Positions 26,660 through 39,401 are shown, counted from the first letter of the stretch. The stretch: 64,000 nucleotides of DNA from Pavona decussata (GCA_977016875.1 CDRNST010000195.1:3038001-3102000); one strand, 5' to 3'. Translations and numbers: made by a program. The notes: a model not told the origin generated them from the letters alone.

Positions 26660-27324
26660 TATGTAATCAGCCACTCCAAATTTAACATACTTTCTATTTC
26701 ACATGGTCGACAGTTATATGACTAGTTACTGATCAAAAGTCATTCAGTTTTCTCACTACACTTCTTGCAAATTATCTCCTTGTCATTTTCAACAATGTAA
26801 CTACATAATTTTTTACATCAGAACGTCTAATTTTGGAGTGGAGCCGAATTATTTTTTTCTGCGAAATTTTGCTTGAAAACGTCATTTAGTTGATCTTAAG
26901 TTACACGGTACAGTATTTCCATAACTCGATGTGGACGTGACCAGGAAACCTACATAAGTGTATACATTGTGTTGTGTTTTCTGTGATATGGTAAAAATCA
27001 AGTTGCTTGTCACTGTGCTTGCGCGGCTTGCTCTGAAGCCACGAAAAAGGTGTTGCATCAGTGTTAACTCTTGGTAAATTTGGTAACAAAATGCATTAAA
27101 CACTGTGTAAGAAATTAAATGAAGACGAACCACGGTTAAATTAACTAAAAACGTTTTGATTTTAAACAGACTTCCATATCGGCTTCCTTTTTGGAATGGG
27201 AATTCTAACTACGTTGTATGAATTGGAAGTTTTTTTTATATAACACAATCATTGCAATGCGGAAGCTCATCAAGAATTGTGTTCTTTATTTTTTGTAACC
27301 TTAACTAAACTTGACCTAGTGTCT

Positions 27325-27634
27325 CCGTACTCAGTTCACATGAGCTGAAACAAATCTGAATTTTGGCCGACCAGAAATAGTTTACCCGGCTAAATTGATT
27401 CAGACGCGAACTTGCATGTAATGCCAGCTGAACTTAAATGATAACAGGCCATTCTCGTATTATCGGGGAATTTTTTCCAATGCGAATAATTTTAATGATA
27501 TTCCCCATATTAGCCTGTTCCAGTTAAATAGTGAGAATACAAAACTGAACCGGCTATTGCGCATTCTGATCAGCGCACAACACTTTCATCTCTTTCACAA
27601 TATATGCATTTGATTCAGCTCATGTGAAGTACGG
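27325..27634. mobile_element. MITE with inverted ends
   Basis: CCGTAC..TTCACATGAGCTGAA versus TTCAGCTCATGTGAAGTACGG. Confidence 0.55.
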
Positions 27635-27918
27635 CGTCAGAAGTGGGCCTTAGTGTTCACAATACATGTGCTTCCTTCGATGCTAATCAGTATTTATTAA
27701 CGCAATGGATGTAATGTACACGTATTCAACTGAACATCCCGTGAAATGATATTCTTGTTTCTGTAACTTATGAAAACTAATCGAAAAAAAACCTGTCAAA
27801 CCATTTGTTAAAGAACTTACTGAATTTTTGAGAAATATGTTCACTTTACAAAGTGTGTCATCAACATCAAACAATGAAATAAGTGCAACACAAAGGCCAA
27901 TCCAGGAGGTTGTACTAA

Positions 27919-28177
27919 GGGGCTGTTTACAAGGAGGTAGAGTAACCCTAGTGCTGGAGTTACCCTACCAAGAGGGTTACCCTAGCACTCATACGTTTCT
28001 TTTTTCTTCGTCGTGTTTAGAAGGCAGCTACGGTTACCCTACCTACCTGACTACAGGATAACTTTTTGTCTTGTAAACACTAAAGGAAGGGACAACTCGC
28101 CCTCCTGGGACAGTTTTGTCTCGACTGCTAGGGTAGCCCTAGCACTAGGGTTACCCTACATCCTTGTTAACAGGCCC
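27919..28177. mobile_element. PIF/Harbinger-type MITE
   Basis: TAA|GGGGCTGTTTACAAGGA...TCCTTGTTAACAGGCCC|TAA, with internal GGGTTACCCTA palindromes. Confidence 0.8.
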
Positions 28178-28410
28178 TAAGTAAGTTTGCAAATTGTGCA
28201 AAATTACCTACGTTATTAAATTATAACTAAACACGCCAATTATGTCAAGCTGAAATGTTTTCTATCTATTTGGTCAAAAGCTAGCCTGTAAGCAAGCTCA
28301 AACCCAATCACACCCCCCGTCCAAGTTGTCTAAACTTGACAAATTTCCCTCTGCCCCACACACCCAGGCTCCTTAAAAACAAAATTCCCTGAAATAGAAT
28401 AGCATTTAAC

Positions 28411-28580
28411 CTTCTCATGAAGCTTGGACTTGTGGTACGAAAACTGTTTGTCCGAGACTGGCTTCACTTCAACATTCTTTTTCTCAAACTCCGATTTGCA
28501 CTGTTTGCATGTGCTTTTCCTCACAGGGTTCTCCTCATTCCACATTTTTGCAAAGGCCTCCTAAACCCTTTTTTTGGCAT
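28411..28580 (-). pseudogene. Zinc-ribbon protein first exon (degenerate)
   Basis: MPKKG...ENPVRKSTCKQCKSEF, followed by a GT donor. Confidence 0.4.
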
Positions 28581-28691
28581 TGGTAGAATGATAATTAAGT
28601 AGTATTATGAACATGAAGGAAGCACAGTAAAAGCATTTGACATTATTATTAAAGAGTAGAATCCATAAAATCTCCACTTGTCTAATTATTG

Positions 28692-28835
28692 TCAATTATT
28701 CTGGCAAATTCTTTCTGAACATTTACGACACCTTTTATTTGGCACCCCCGAACTAGGGCTTGTCAAGGCAGTTCTGCAATTGCCGCAATCAGCAGTTGTA
28801 CATCGTGGGCAATTCCCACAGCCTACCTTTTTCCT
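28692..28835 (-). pseudogene. CXXC zinc finger (CpG-binding type), degenerate
   Basis: RKKVGCGNCPRCTTADCGNC-(shifted frame: CLDKP*FGG)-PNKRCRKCSERIC matches the zf-CXXC signature CGxCxxCxxxDCGxCxxCxDKxKFGG. Confidence 0.75.
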
Positions 28836-28869
28836 TTTCTTTCTTTGTTCTGTTGTAGTGTTCTGTGCA

Positions 28870-29100
28870 GTTTGGTCTTGTCCTGTCTGTTCCTGCCCTG
28901 TTTGGTTTTGTCTAGTCTGTTCCTGTCCCGTCTGGTTTTGTCTTGTCTGTTCCTGTCCCGTCTGGTTTTGTCTCGTCTGTTCCTGTCCCGTCTGTTCCTG
29001 TCTCGTCTGTTCCTGTCCCGTCTGGTCTTGTCCCGTCTGTTCCTGTCCTGTCTGCTCTTGTCCCGTCTGTTCCTGCCCTGTTTGGTTTTGTCTCGTCTGT
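28870..29100. repeat. 15/30-bp minisatellite, copy A
   Basis: Tandem TCCTGTCCCGTCTGG / TTTTGTCTCGTCTGT units. Confidence 0.95.
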
Positions 29101-29371
29101 TAGATAAAATGAGATGATTGTGCACCTCAATAACTATCTAACATCTCGTCTCAAACCCACGCTGTTGCAATTTTATATTGTGCACGTGTGTACACTTTAA
29201 TTGTTTATATTTTATTAAGCTTGTTAAAAGAAATGTGTGTAATGTTAATTGAGATGATATGATTTAATATGTTAAAAAATTAAGAGAATATTATATTTGT
29301 CTTCTTTAGTTAATCACTGATTATCACGTGCAGCTGCGTGAAAACTCGAAACATACATGTGGCATGCATGC

Positions 29372-30063
29372 TCATGGTGAATAAAAACATTGGTTCATAT
29401 TCTTCTTATACCTTTGATCCTCTGATCGGACATAGAGACTGCTGTCCCATATGTTGTTTGATCTTTGGAAGGTGCGCCTGCGCATGACTATCCCATCCAT
29501 GAGATACTGCATCATCTTCTGGGAGGATGGCTCTGCTTTGAAGTTCTCCGTTGCTGCAGTTCTTACTGCCTGCTGCGCAAAGGCGTCCGGGTTCTGGAGG
29601 AGGCAGTTGATGGCAAGGACATGTATACACATCATTAAAACAGGGCCTGCAGCATTGAAGGCATCTACAAAGAGATCCTCGACTTGCTGATTGTCGTTTA
29701 TTGCTTTGAGGACGTCAATGACGTCATCTGCAGTGGGAGGATCTATTAGCGTGCGATCTTTATTGTCCAACCTTCGCAGAGAGTCGATGATTGGCTCTAT
29801 AAATTGTTCCACTTGGTCCACGAAGTGTAAACTGTGCCGCGGTGATGTCTCACATGCTCCATGTTGTCTTTGAGTGTACTAGCCATTTTGCTGATTGCAA
29901 TGTTGGGTCGTGACAGCCACTCACAGTTCCAATCCTTTAAACGGGCAAGTATTTTCTCATCAGGCATGTTTTGCAACGCTTCGCCGTAATTGAGCAGGAA
30001 ACTACGTGGAAAGTGTTTGTTGTAGTTGGGTTTATATGCTCTGGAACTTGACGACTGAGACAT
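29372..30063 (-). pseudogene. Uncharacterised mobile-element gene (NCEWLSRP motif), one frameshift
   Basis: ORFs 30063-29797 and 29821-29372 overlap in different frames and read as one protein; a GT donor lies near 29409. Confidence 0.5.
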
Positions 30064-30654
30064 TCCTACAAAAAAGAAAGTACGTTAGTAATGGAAATAC
30101 CAGTGTATAGAAATGTTACTGTCGAGCGGGTTGGTCTCCTATGATGTCGTGGAACTTGTCTGCATGTGATGTAATACCGAGAAGTGCTGCATTACTGATT
30201 TCCAGAGGAAGCAGAAAGATTGTTTTTTGTACAGTGCCTTTAGCTTCACCCCTTGTTGCTATGTGGCCTTATGACATATTAGGCACATATTCAACAGGTT
30301 ACTGGGGACTCCCACCACGACGAGGTAGCACTGTTGGAGAGTCGAAATAGTGTTAGGTTAAGCGTTAGACCATTGCATTTCCAAATATTGGAATCAGAAG
30401 TAACTCCCTTACAGCACTCCCCAAGGGTTGGTTACCTCAGCTCGTGTTATCCGACACCAGAGTTACGTCTGAACCTTTCTTAAATGGTCATGCAATGGAG
30501 GAAAATACAAGAAAGAAAGAACAATTACATAGAAAAGTTGAATACAAGGTTGTTCTTAAAAGAACAGTTGAACAATTGAATACATGTTGTTCTGAAAAGA
30601 ACAGTTGAACGGTTTATTACGGGTTGTTCTGACAAGAACAGTTTAAATCTTCTG

Positions 30655-30935
30655 CAACCTCAGAGGGTCTGTACCGTACTGATGTCACTGGGTATCAGGC
30701 CGCAAACTCCTTCCTACGGACAGTCAAGCCCTTGGAACCGGAGATGGTGTTTCAGCTGAGCAACATCAAAGTCTGCTGGACAGACAAGATGACCGTGCTG
30801 TTCCGTGCGCCCTTTCCTGGCCAAACCAACAACAACAAGGTGTACCTGAAGTACCTGCAACGCCCAGCCTCGGAAGCAGACCAGTCTCTACTGCAGTGGT
30901 TGAGATGCCATCGCACAACATGTGCAAAACCAAAG
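30655..30935 (+). pseudogene. Fragment resembling a Helitron-like Rep-helicase linker region
   Basis: EGLYRTDVTGYQAANSFLRTVKPLEPEMVFQL...W...YLKYLQRP...SLLQWLR. Assignment is from recalled similarity only. Confidence 0.4.
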
Positions 30936-31109
30936 ATTTCCGGTCATGACTGTTCTTCCCAGAACGTTTGCATGTAATCTATTCTTGCTTGAAGAATTCA
31001 TTCTCGTCGCAAGAATTCTCATTCTTTTAACAAGAATAGCATTCTATTCTATTCTTCTGATAAGAATCACGTTTCTTGAGCGAAGAACATTTGAAAAAGG
31101 CAAATTAAG

Positions 31110-31725
31110 AGTGTAATGCTTCATAATGTACTGCTTTGCGAGTCTTTCTGACACAAATTTTCAACACATGGGACGTTTGCCCTCTAGCTTGTTACCGAGA
31201 TCATCCAGTTCTTCCCTGTTGAGCGCCTTTGTTTGTTTCTTCCCACACTGTGATCTTCGATTCTGGCTTTTTTGTTTGGGCGTATTGCTTGAATTGGCAC
31301 TTTTTACCTTAGGCAGCGCGAGCACTCCTCCCCTATTTGCCACCAGAGCACTTTTTTCCTTTTTGTTTCTTATTTGTAGACTTCTTTCCTCTCCTGCTGC
31401 CTGCTGCTGATGTTGCTGTATTGCTTGGATACGTGAATGTTCTGCCTTGGCGGAGTTTTGCGAGCAGCCTGACTGCACAAGTTCGCAAATTTTTAACTTT
31501 GCAAGGATTGCACACACGCACAGTAAATAACTTGGTGTTTTCCACTTCAAGTCCAACCGCTCTGGACGTATCGGTAAGGATTTTACCGTATGAGTCTTTT
31601 CTTTTCAATGGTTTAAAAAGATTTTCTGAAGAAATATAACCAGGTTTAGATACTGTTCCAAATTTTACCTTGAAATTGCACTGACAAACTCTGCAGTAAT
31701 CGCCTGGAGTTTCCCGGGACTCCAA
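31110..31725 (-). pseudogene. zf-AD-like zinc-finger ORF remnant (transposon N-terminal type), copy A
   Basis: CRVCQCNFKVKFG..ISSENLFK..VGL..RVCNPC followed by a low-complexity basic tail; frameshifted. Confidence 0.55.
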
Positions 31726-32149
31726 CTTACAGTATTTCACGGGTTTGATAAGATGGTGGAAGCGTTTTAGTTTTTCTATATCCAGTAATCTGTAATTGGC
31801 TAATTTATTGGCAAGCTGTCAATCAGTGAATGAAATCAACCGTAAAAAATCGGTGGGCGTTTTTCATAATTCAGAATGTTTGATCGCCCATGCAGCCAGT
31901 AAGCCCTGCAATGCAACTTGTCAATCAGAAATAGTCCCTAGAACAATTTCCAAAACCGCCGAATAAAGACGCAAACTGTACCGTATAAATAACACATTTC
32001 GTTGAAATGTAGCCAAGATGCGTCTTATCTAAGAAGAACATTGTTCCACAATCAAATGCGTCTTAATGTGTCGTTTACACGGGGTAGTTTGCGTCTTATG
32101 TGGGATGCATTTTATTTTTCTGGTATAAGTAACCTAACAGTGAGCGTAC

Positions 32150-35085
32150 CTTATTAATGGCAACAAGACCCCGAAGCTTATTCAGGTCTTGGTCCAGTTC
32201 TTTAAAAGCTGTTTACGTAAGGGAAAACAATAACCCTGCCATCAAGCCTGAAAGATAAAAAGTATCTAGACATTTTTATACAGTTACTTATTTATAGTTA
32301 TTTGCCTATTTTTAGTTATTTATATGAGGAAAGGATGAACCCATCGTCATAATGTTACGTTTTGTGCATATACGGGTAAAGATTAGGAGGGAGGTGATAT
32401 TAGGAAGAATCTAGCATTGGGATTGGCAGACTAACCTGGCAGGAACAGTTTCGTTTGAGATCAATAGAAGGCTACCGAGTGGCACCTTTTTGCCCGTAGT
32501 TGGGACCCCTTTTTGCAAATCCTCATTGCCACTGCAGCAGGAATTCTGAAGTTGGTTTGGGAAATCTGGCATCATCCAGTATCCCAAGCCAAGTTGTCTT
32601 GCTCATGATGTCCATAACTACTTTTCTGTAAAGACAATGTCAAATTTAAAACTGTTTGATCCTTTGATTCATTTTCTTACTCTTCTCCGTTATGAACATA
32701 TTTGTAATTACATTATGCACATTAGCTTCGGATTTTAATCAGTCCAGGTTCTGCGGGGTTGTGTAAAGAGAGTAGATATTTCTTAAGATGTCAGGATAAC
32801 ATTAGCTAATCAGTGCATTCCACTTATGAATTCTATTCAACGAAATCCATTAATTCAACCTCACCTGATTTTCAACCTGAACTTCCTTTTTTAAAATACT
32901 TACAAGGAGGGTCCCGGATGTTATCCCATCGCCTCCTGCCATTAAAAGGGGATGACTCTCTTCAACACCCGTCACCTGTGCAATGATTTTGGCGGAGGTA
33001 GATTTCCCCACGTTCATAACTTTGCTGCTAGTTATTAACCCAATGTTGGCTTCATCTGTTTCTGAAACAAACCAGTCAGCCTTTTTTCCTCCTTATAGGA
33101 GTTGCGCCATAAGTTTTGAAACTCAAGTTTAATGACTGTAGTCTGTATTTTATTTTAATCAAGCTCAAGATTTTACACCATCTGCTTAATCTGTAGATCG
33201 ATACTTAGTCCAAAAATAGAGCTTGAAAAACACAATAAACTGTAACTACAACTTTTTTTTCATCATTAAAAATATCTAAATATTCAAATATCATACTGAG
33301 TATGGAGAATCGGGTCTATTTTAAATTCGACAGACGTTAACTAAAGCAGAGACCTTTTCAAGGAGCCTTTGGTGTTTGAAAAATGTTTGAAATGGGATGC
33401 CAAGGTGTGTTATTTTCACCTTCATTTGGTAATTTCAATTGGCAAAAAATCATATTCTAAAAATTAAAAAAATCTAAAAGGCACCTGTCCGAGCGCTATG
33501 GACACTCCTTATCGTCCGCCACACAGCAAAGGAACTAGCCATTATAAAGGAAGCGCAATTGCCGGCCAAGGCTTGGCCCAACTCGAAGTAACTAAATCAT
33601 TGCATTCAAAGAAATAAACAACGATCAAACAAAATGGAACGTAGGGAAGATAAATTCCAATCAAAATTCTCGCAAATTATGTGATCCGCAATTCAGATAT
33701 ATGATCACAGAGTGACGTTTCCTCTTATATATAGGTCCTCCCTCATGAATGAATTTTTTGTGTGCGTAGTCGGCAAACAGTTGGCCATCCTGAACGTGGA
33801 GCTTAATATAAAATCCAACTTGTTAGAACATTGATGGGGAGTTGCGCGCAACTTTCAAGGCTATTTATGTTTCATTAACTAAAGATTTAGTCAATGTCTA
33901 ACATTGAAAATACAAGGTGCCTTGAGGTACACCGCTAAAACCCAGAGTCACCTTTAAAAAATCTAAGAAAATCTCTAAAAAATCGAAAAACAGAACTGTA
34001 GGTATAGACTGAGAATATGCCGAAGGAGTCCCTGATGGACTGAATACTCATGGTAAATATACTTACGTGGTCAGAATGGACCCAGTATCCTTCACCGTGG
34101 TAGCCAAGGTGGTATATTTCTTCCAATAAAGCGTAATCTCCTGCCTCCTCGTATTGGTCTTTGAGCCACTTATAAAACTCTATGACTTCCTTGTTTGTAC
34201 ACTCTCCGAAAATAAAACATTTACCCCCGCCAAACGCTTGTCAAAGAGTGCTCACAAACTTAGCCCTCCTGCTTTCGAAAGCGCTTGAAGGAACAACCAC
34301 TCTCCTGAGAACAGAAAATTTATGAAAAAAGGAATAAACTAAAACAACTTCTGACAGTTAACTGCTCTCGTTGAATGAATCTTCCTAGCTCAGTTAATGA
34401 AGCACTGCAGCGCAAACTCATAGGCCATGGGTTCGATTCCTTTTAAGGAAGGAAAACACTTTTTCGGGGTTAATTTATAGTTTCTTAACTTGCTTACCTA
34501 TTACAACTAAACTAAAGATGATCATATTTTCGTTAAAAGGGAATTTTTTTCTTCTACATTTAAATGTTAGATAACATACGTCCGTAAATTAATAAAAATA
34601 CCTCGTTACAAGTTCTTGGCCAATACTGGTTGAGGATCGTCCAAGCCAACTACCTTCCACTTTTTTGCCTTCCCCTTGCGGGGTAAGTTGGGCCGTAAAT
34701 TTTAAGGAAAAATCTGCCCACTTGCCCCACAAACCGAAATCGCGTTTTCTCATCATTTCCCATCTCTGCTCTTGAACATTTCGTTCTTCTTTTTCTAGAA
34801 AAGAAAAGCCATTTTATTATTTCAGTAAACAAGGATATTTCATGTGCATACCCATTTGCAATGTGGGGAATATAACGCGCACTGAGCTTGGTCCCGTCAC
34901 TCTGTTGAAATAGAGACACATGGATGACGGACTCCTTACGCTAGTAAAAGCCATCGGAATACTCCTGGCAATTCCATTGACTGTAAACGGTTTTTGTGCC
35001 TCCGACGCATCAATGGTAAAACTTCCTGACTTGTCAGGCAGAGGGCAAGATTTCCCTTTCTTTCGAATTCAAATATATGCTGTAA
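32150..35085 (-). pseudogene. Spliced P-loop ATPase/helicase pseudogene (DUF927/Cch-like), paralog 2, copy A
   Basis: Exons ~34305-34067 (LGYHGEGYWVHSDH), ~33110-32904 (KVMNVGKSTSAKII, Walker A), ~32625-32436 (TTWLGILDD; KVPLGSLLLISN) and ~32248-32150 (RLDGRVIVFP). Confidence 0.65.
34375..34540 (+). mobile_element. tRNA-derived SINE in a helicase intron, copy A
   Basis: A-box TAGCTCAGTT and B-box GGTTCGATTCC without a full cloverleaf, followed by a non-tRNA tail. Confidence 0.65.
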
Positions 35086-35277
35086 TAATATAGGCAGAAA
35101 ATCATTGCTATGTTCGCTGCAGACTTTTGTGAATTTTCAGTTCTCTGTCCCCAAACAAAAGTTTAATAAAATCCATTACTGCTGGTACTCTGCAGCAATA
35201 CTAACTAGACATTTGTCAAGGTTAAAAGGTGGAATGAGTTTGCGGAATGGCATGTGAGAATGAGAAGTGTTAATGAG

Positions 35278-35469
35278 AAGTTCGAAATCCCATTATTCAG
35301 GTCAGCCACTGGCCAACGGACCTTCGCCTATAGAGCAGTACAGTAAGCATTTAACAATATTAACTTGTTAGATATAGTTTGCACTTATATTTGTAAATAG
35401 GTACTGAAAAACCTTTTTTTTTTTGGGGGGGGGGGGGAGTATTTATTAAAGTTCTATTCTATTCTATTC
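35278..35469 (+). mobile_element. 3' end of an L2/CR1-group LINE
   Basis: EIPLFRSATGQRTFAYRAV ORF2 C-terminal motif and a (TTCTA)n tail. Confidence 0.7.
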
Positions 35470-37150
35470 ATGTGGCATGGCTTGTGGAAGGACATAATTA
35501 CCGTTGTCTGCAAGGTCGCTTACATAACCCACGCACGTGGATGAAGACCAGAGGGAGATAACAGCAAACCTTTTGCCCTTATTGCATAAAACAGTCTTCA
35601 AAGGTCTGAGAACACTTTCGGCCAAAACAAAAATATTCTTAACACTCAGAAAAGTATTCTCTTACTCTATCATTTGATCATTTTCTTGCGTTTTGAAACC
35701 TCCAACAGTCTATTATCAAATGGAACATGGGCCACATTGTCTGCTGGTCTTCCTAGTTTGGCGTGATGCGTCACTCAGTTGTATTTAGCACTCGTCACCA
35801 CTTGTTAATCGCAATTGGAAAAACATTAAAAGAGATACCAAATTTATATTTATATTTATTGGCAGGAAAAATGAAAAAGGATATGAAATTAGCGCTGAGA
35901 CTAAAAGAAAAAGGACCAAATTTCGATTTTACTGTGCGCCAAGCAAAGCCAAAAAGGGCACACAGACGTCACATCCCATGAGTTGGGAATTGACAGCGAA
36001 ATCAGGTTAAGATCGTGAGGCAACGTATTTTTGATTGGGGATAACAAGCTGACAGGTGACAGCCCAAAAACTCTTGACTTCGCATGGCAACATGCATTTC
36101 ATTGGTGCAGAAATGACAGTGCAAAAGATAGAGAGATATGAAGCGCAGAGATATTAAGGCTTTTGAAAATAAAGCCCTTTAAACCATAAACCATTATTGA
36201 AGCATTTAAGCAGAATTTTTTTCTGGAAAAAGTATTATTTTCGAAAAAGAAAAAATTAAATTAAATTCACAGGATGAACTACCCACTCCCTCTACAATAG
36301 ATTCCAAGAAAAAAGCAACCTCCTGAGATCAAGCCATACAGAACGTGACGATTTTGATTGTGTATGGACCACCCACCAAAAGTGGAACAAGGTCTTCATG
36401 GACAAAGGACTTTGCGGACCTAGGACATACTGTGCGCATTTTAAAAGAACTAATCGTCGACACTCTGGGATTGGAAATACCAGATAATTTTGAGACAGCT
36501 CGCTTTGAGCATAGAGCTTACCTCTAAACAAAAATGAAACAATAGGATTTAGCTATCTTTCATGGCTGTTTTAGTAAACTTATGAGTCATACAAGATAAC
36601 TATAGCCAGCTAGGTGCTCTGCACCCTGTTGGCTTTCCATCATCTTGTATCCAACATGAGCTTGTGTAATGATTAAAAATGAGATTTTTACATGTTTCTT
36701 TGTACTACCAGCTAAATGCATTAAATCTCCCCATACCACCTCCCCCAAATCAATGGTTAATTTATACGCAAAGCAAAACATGCCAATTTTCCATCTTGTT
36801 AGGGATGCTGGATTTTAAATCTCAGCTGCCCAAGGTTGTTGCTTTCCCAATTTAGATACCCAAAAAACAAATGGTCCCTTACCTGGTCTAACAACAATTT
36901 CGTCACTTCCTGTTTATCCTGTAGGTAATACAAGAAAAAAAAAATGAAATTACAACAATGATTGATCAATTGGTGAAAGGCTGTTCAGACGAAATAATAT
37001 CAATTTTGTAGCTAGGTGCTACTATTAACCTGATGTTGTTCAGTAATGTAATGTTTGCATCAGGAACTGACCGTGCCACCTCCATTTACTTTAAATAGTG
37101 TTTTTCCATCACTTCAAATGGTTTACATTTTTTAATTCCTGCGCACTTAC

Positions 37151-37276
37151 TCTTTCTGCAAGGTTGACAGTTTCATCTCCTAAGATTTTATCTTGGTGGA
37201 GCACCAGTACATCTCCCCTGTGTAGGGTGAAATGCAGTGGCATGTTCTTCTGAGAGCCAACCCAGTCATACACTTC
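37151..37276 (-). pseudogene. UBX-like domain exon fragment
   Basis: AG/GT-bounded exon EVYDWVGSQKNMPLHFTL. Confidence 0.35.
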
Positions 37277-37517
37277 CTGGAATCATAAATATGAACATTT
37301 TGCTGTCAAAATGTTAAATGCGTGCATGTTAACATTAACGTTAAAGACTCAAGCCTCCAGTTTTGGTCAAAGCTTGAGTAAAAGGTTGAACTTTGACGTA
37401 TTACCTGATTCATTACTTCAATTCAATTATCTTCATTCAGTTCACGGTTTACGTACTGCTTTCTTGGGCAAATATATTTTAGAGAAAAGGATTCGACAGC
37501 TAGCTTTAGTTAATGAA

Positions 37518-37864
37518 TTTTGGTTTTGTCTCATCTGTTCCTGTCCCGTCTGGTTTTGTCTTGTCTGTTCCTGTCCCGTCTGGTCTTGTCCCGTCTGTTC
37601 CTGCCCTGTTTGGTTTTGTCTCTTCTGTTCCCGTCCCATCTGGTCTTGTCTCGTCTGTTCCTGTCCCGTCTGGTTTTGTCTCGTCTGTTCCTGTCCCATC
37701 TGGTCTTGTCCCATCTGTTCCTGTCCCGTCTGGCTTTGTCTCGTCTGTTCCTGTCCCGTCTGGTCTTGTCCTGTCTGTTCCTGTCCCGTCTGGTTTTGTC
37801 TCGTCTGTTCCTGTCCCGTCTGCTCTTGTCCCGTCTGTTCCTGCCCTGTTTGGTTTTGTCTCGT
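37518..37864. repeat. 15/30-bp minisatellite, copy B (longer)
   Basis: Same unit as 28870-29100, about 23 units of 15 bp. Confidence 0.95.
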
Positions 37865-38399
37865 TAGTTAGATATAATGAGATGATTGCGCACCTCAATA
37901 ACTATCTAACATCTCATCTCAAGCCCACGCTGTTGCAATTTTATATTGTGCACGTGTGTACACTTTAATTGTTTATATTTTATTAAGCTTCTAAAAGAAA
38001 TGTGTGTAATGTTAATTGAGATGATATGATTTGATATGTTAAAAAATTAAGAAAATATTATATTTGTCTTCTTTAGTAAATCATTGATTATCACGTGCAG
38101 CTGCGTGAAAACTCAAAACATTCATGTGGCATGCATGCTCATGGTGAATAAAAACATTGGTTCGCATTCTTCGTATAAGATTAAAGGTTTTTTGCAAAAG
38201 GACTGGTTATTTTTCTCAAAAGATTTCTGGTCATGACTGTTCTTCCCAGAAGATTTGCATGTAATCTATTCTTGCTTGAAGAATTCATTCTCGTCGGAAG
38301 ATTTCTCATTCTTTTAACAAGAATAGCATTCTATTCTATTTTTCTGATAAGAATTACGTTTCTTGGGCGAAGAACATTTGAAAAAGGCAAATTAAGAGT

Positions 38400-38980
38400 G
38401 TAATGATTCATAATGTACCGTTTTGGACGTTTGCCCTCTAGCTTTTTACCGAGATCATCCAGTTCTTTCCTGGTGAGCGCCTTTGTTTTTTTCTTCCCAC
38501 GCTGTGATCTTCGATTCTGGCATTTTTTGTTTAAGCGTATTGCTTGAATTGGCACTTTTACCTTAGGCAACGCAAGCACTCCTCCCCTGTTTGCCACCAA
38601 AGCACTCTTTTCCTCTTTGTTTCTTATTTGTAGACTTCTTTCCTCTCCTGCTGCCTGCTGCTGATGTTGCTGTATTGCTTGGATACGTTAATGTTCTGCT
38701 TTGGCAGAGTTTTGCAAGCAGCCTGACTGCACAAGTTCGCAAATTTCTAATTTTGCAAGCATTGCTCACATGCACAGTAAATAACTTGGTGTTTTCCACT
38801 TCAAGTCCAACCGCTCTGCAAGTATCGGCAAGGATTCTACCGTATGAATCTTTTCTTTTCAATGGTTTGAAAAGATTTTCTGAAGAAATATAACCAGGTT
38901 TAGATACTGTTCCAAATTTTACCTTGAAATTGCACTGAGAAACACTGCAGCAATCGCCTGGAGTTTCCGGGACTCCAACT
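38400..38980 (-). pseudogene. zf-AD-like ORF remnant, copy B
   Basis: Duplicate of 31110-31725 (SSENLFKPLKRKDSYGRILADTCRAVGL). Confidence 0.55.
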
Positions 38981-39401
38981 TACAGTATTTCGCGGGTTTG
39001 ATAAGATGGTGGAAGTGTTTTATTTTTTCTATATCCGGTAACTTGTAATTGGCTAATTTATTGGCAAGCTGTATATCAGCGAATGGAATCAACCGTAATA
39101 AATCGGTGGGCATTTTTCATAATTCAGAATGTTTGATCGCCCATGCAGCCAGTAAGCCCTGCAATGCAACTTGTCAATCAGAAATAGTCCCTAGAACAAT
39201 TTCCAAAACTGCCGAATAAAGACGCAAACTGTACCGTATAAATAACACATTTCGTTGAAATGTAGCGAAGATGCGTCTTATCTAAGACGAACATTGTTCC
39301 ACAATCAAACGCGTCTTAATGTGTTGTTTACACAGGGTAGTTTGCGTCTTATGTGGGATGCATTTTATTTGTCCCGTATAAGTAACCTAACACTGAGCGT
39401 A

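Larger units (their letters stand above)
28870..35142 (+). repeat. Segmental duplication, copy A
   Basis: 28870-29408 and ~30933-35142 align with 37518-38176 and ~38218-42395, with scattered substitutions and indels. Confidence 0.93.

Noticed and set aside
28678-29117. Cys-rich plus-strand ORFs (CSCPVWFCLV repeats) as metallothionein-like proteins, also at 37311-37968
   Set aside because: They are alternative readings of a stop-poor 15-bp minisatellite.
30119-30400. dUTPase-like GHIATR motif
   Set aside because: No other dUTPase motifs are present and the frame contains stops.
34380-34445. tRNA gene (also 41635-41695 and ~24005-24075)
   Set aside because: A/B boxes are present but there is no acceptor stem, and a SINE-like tail follows.
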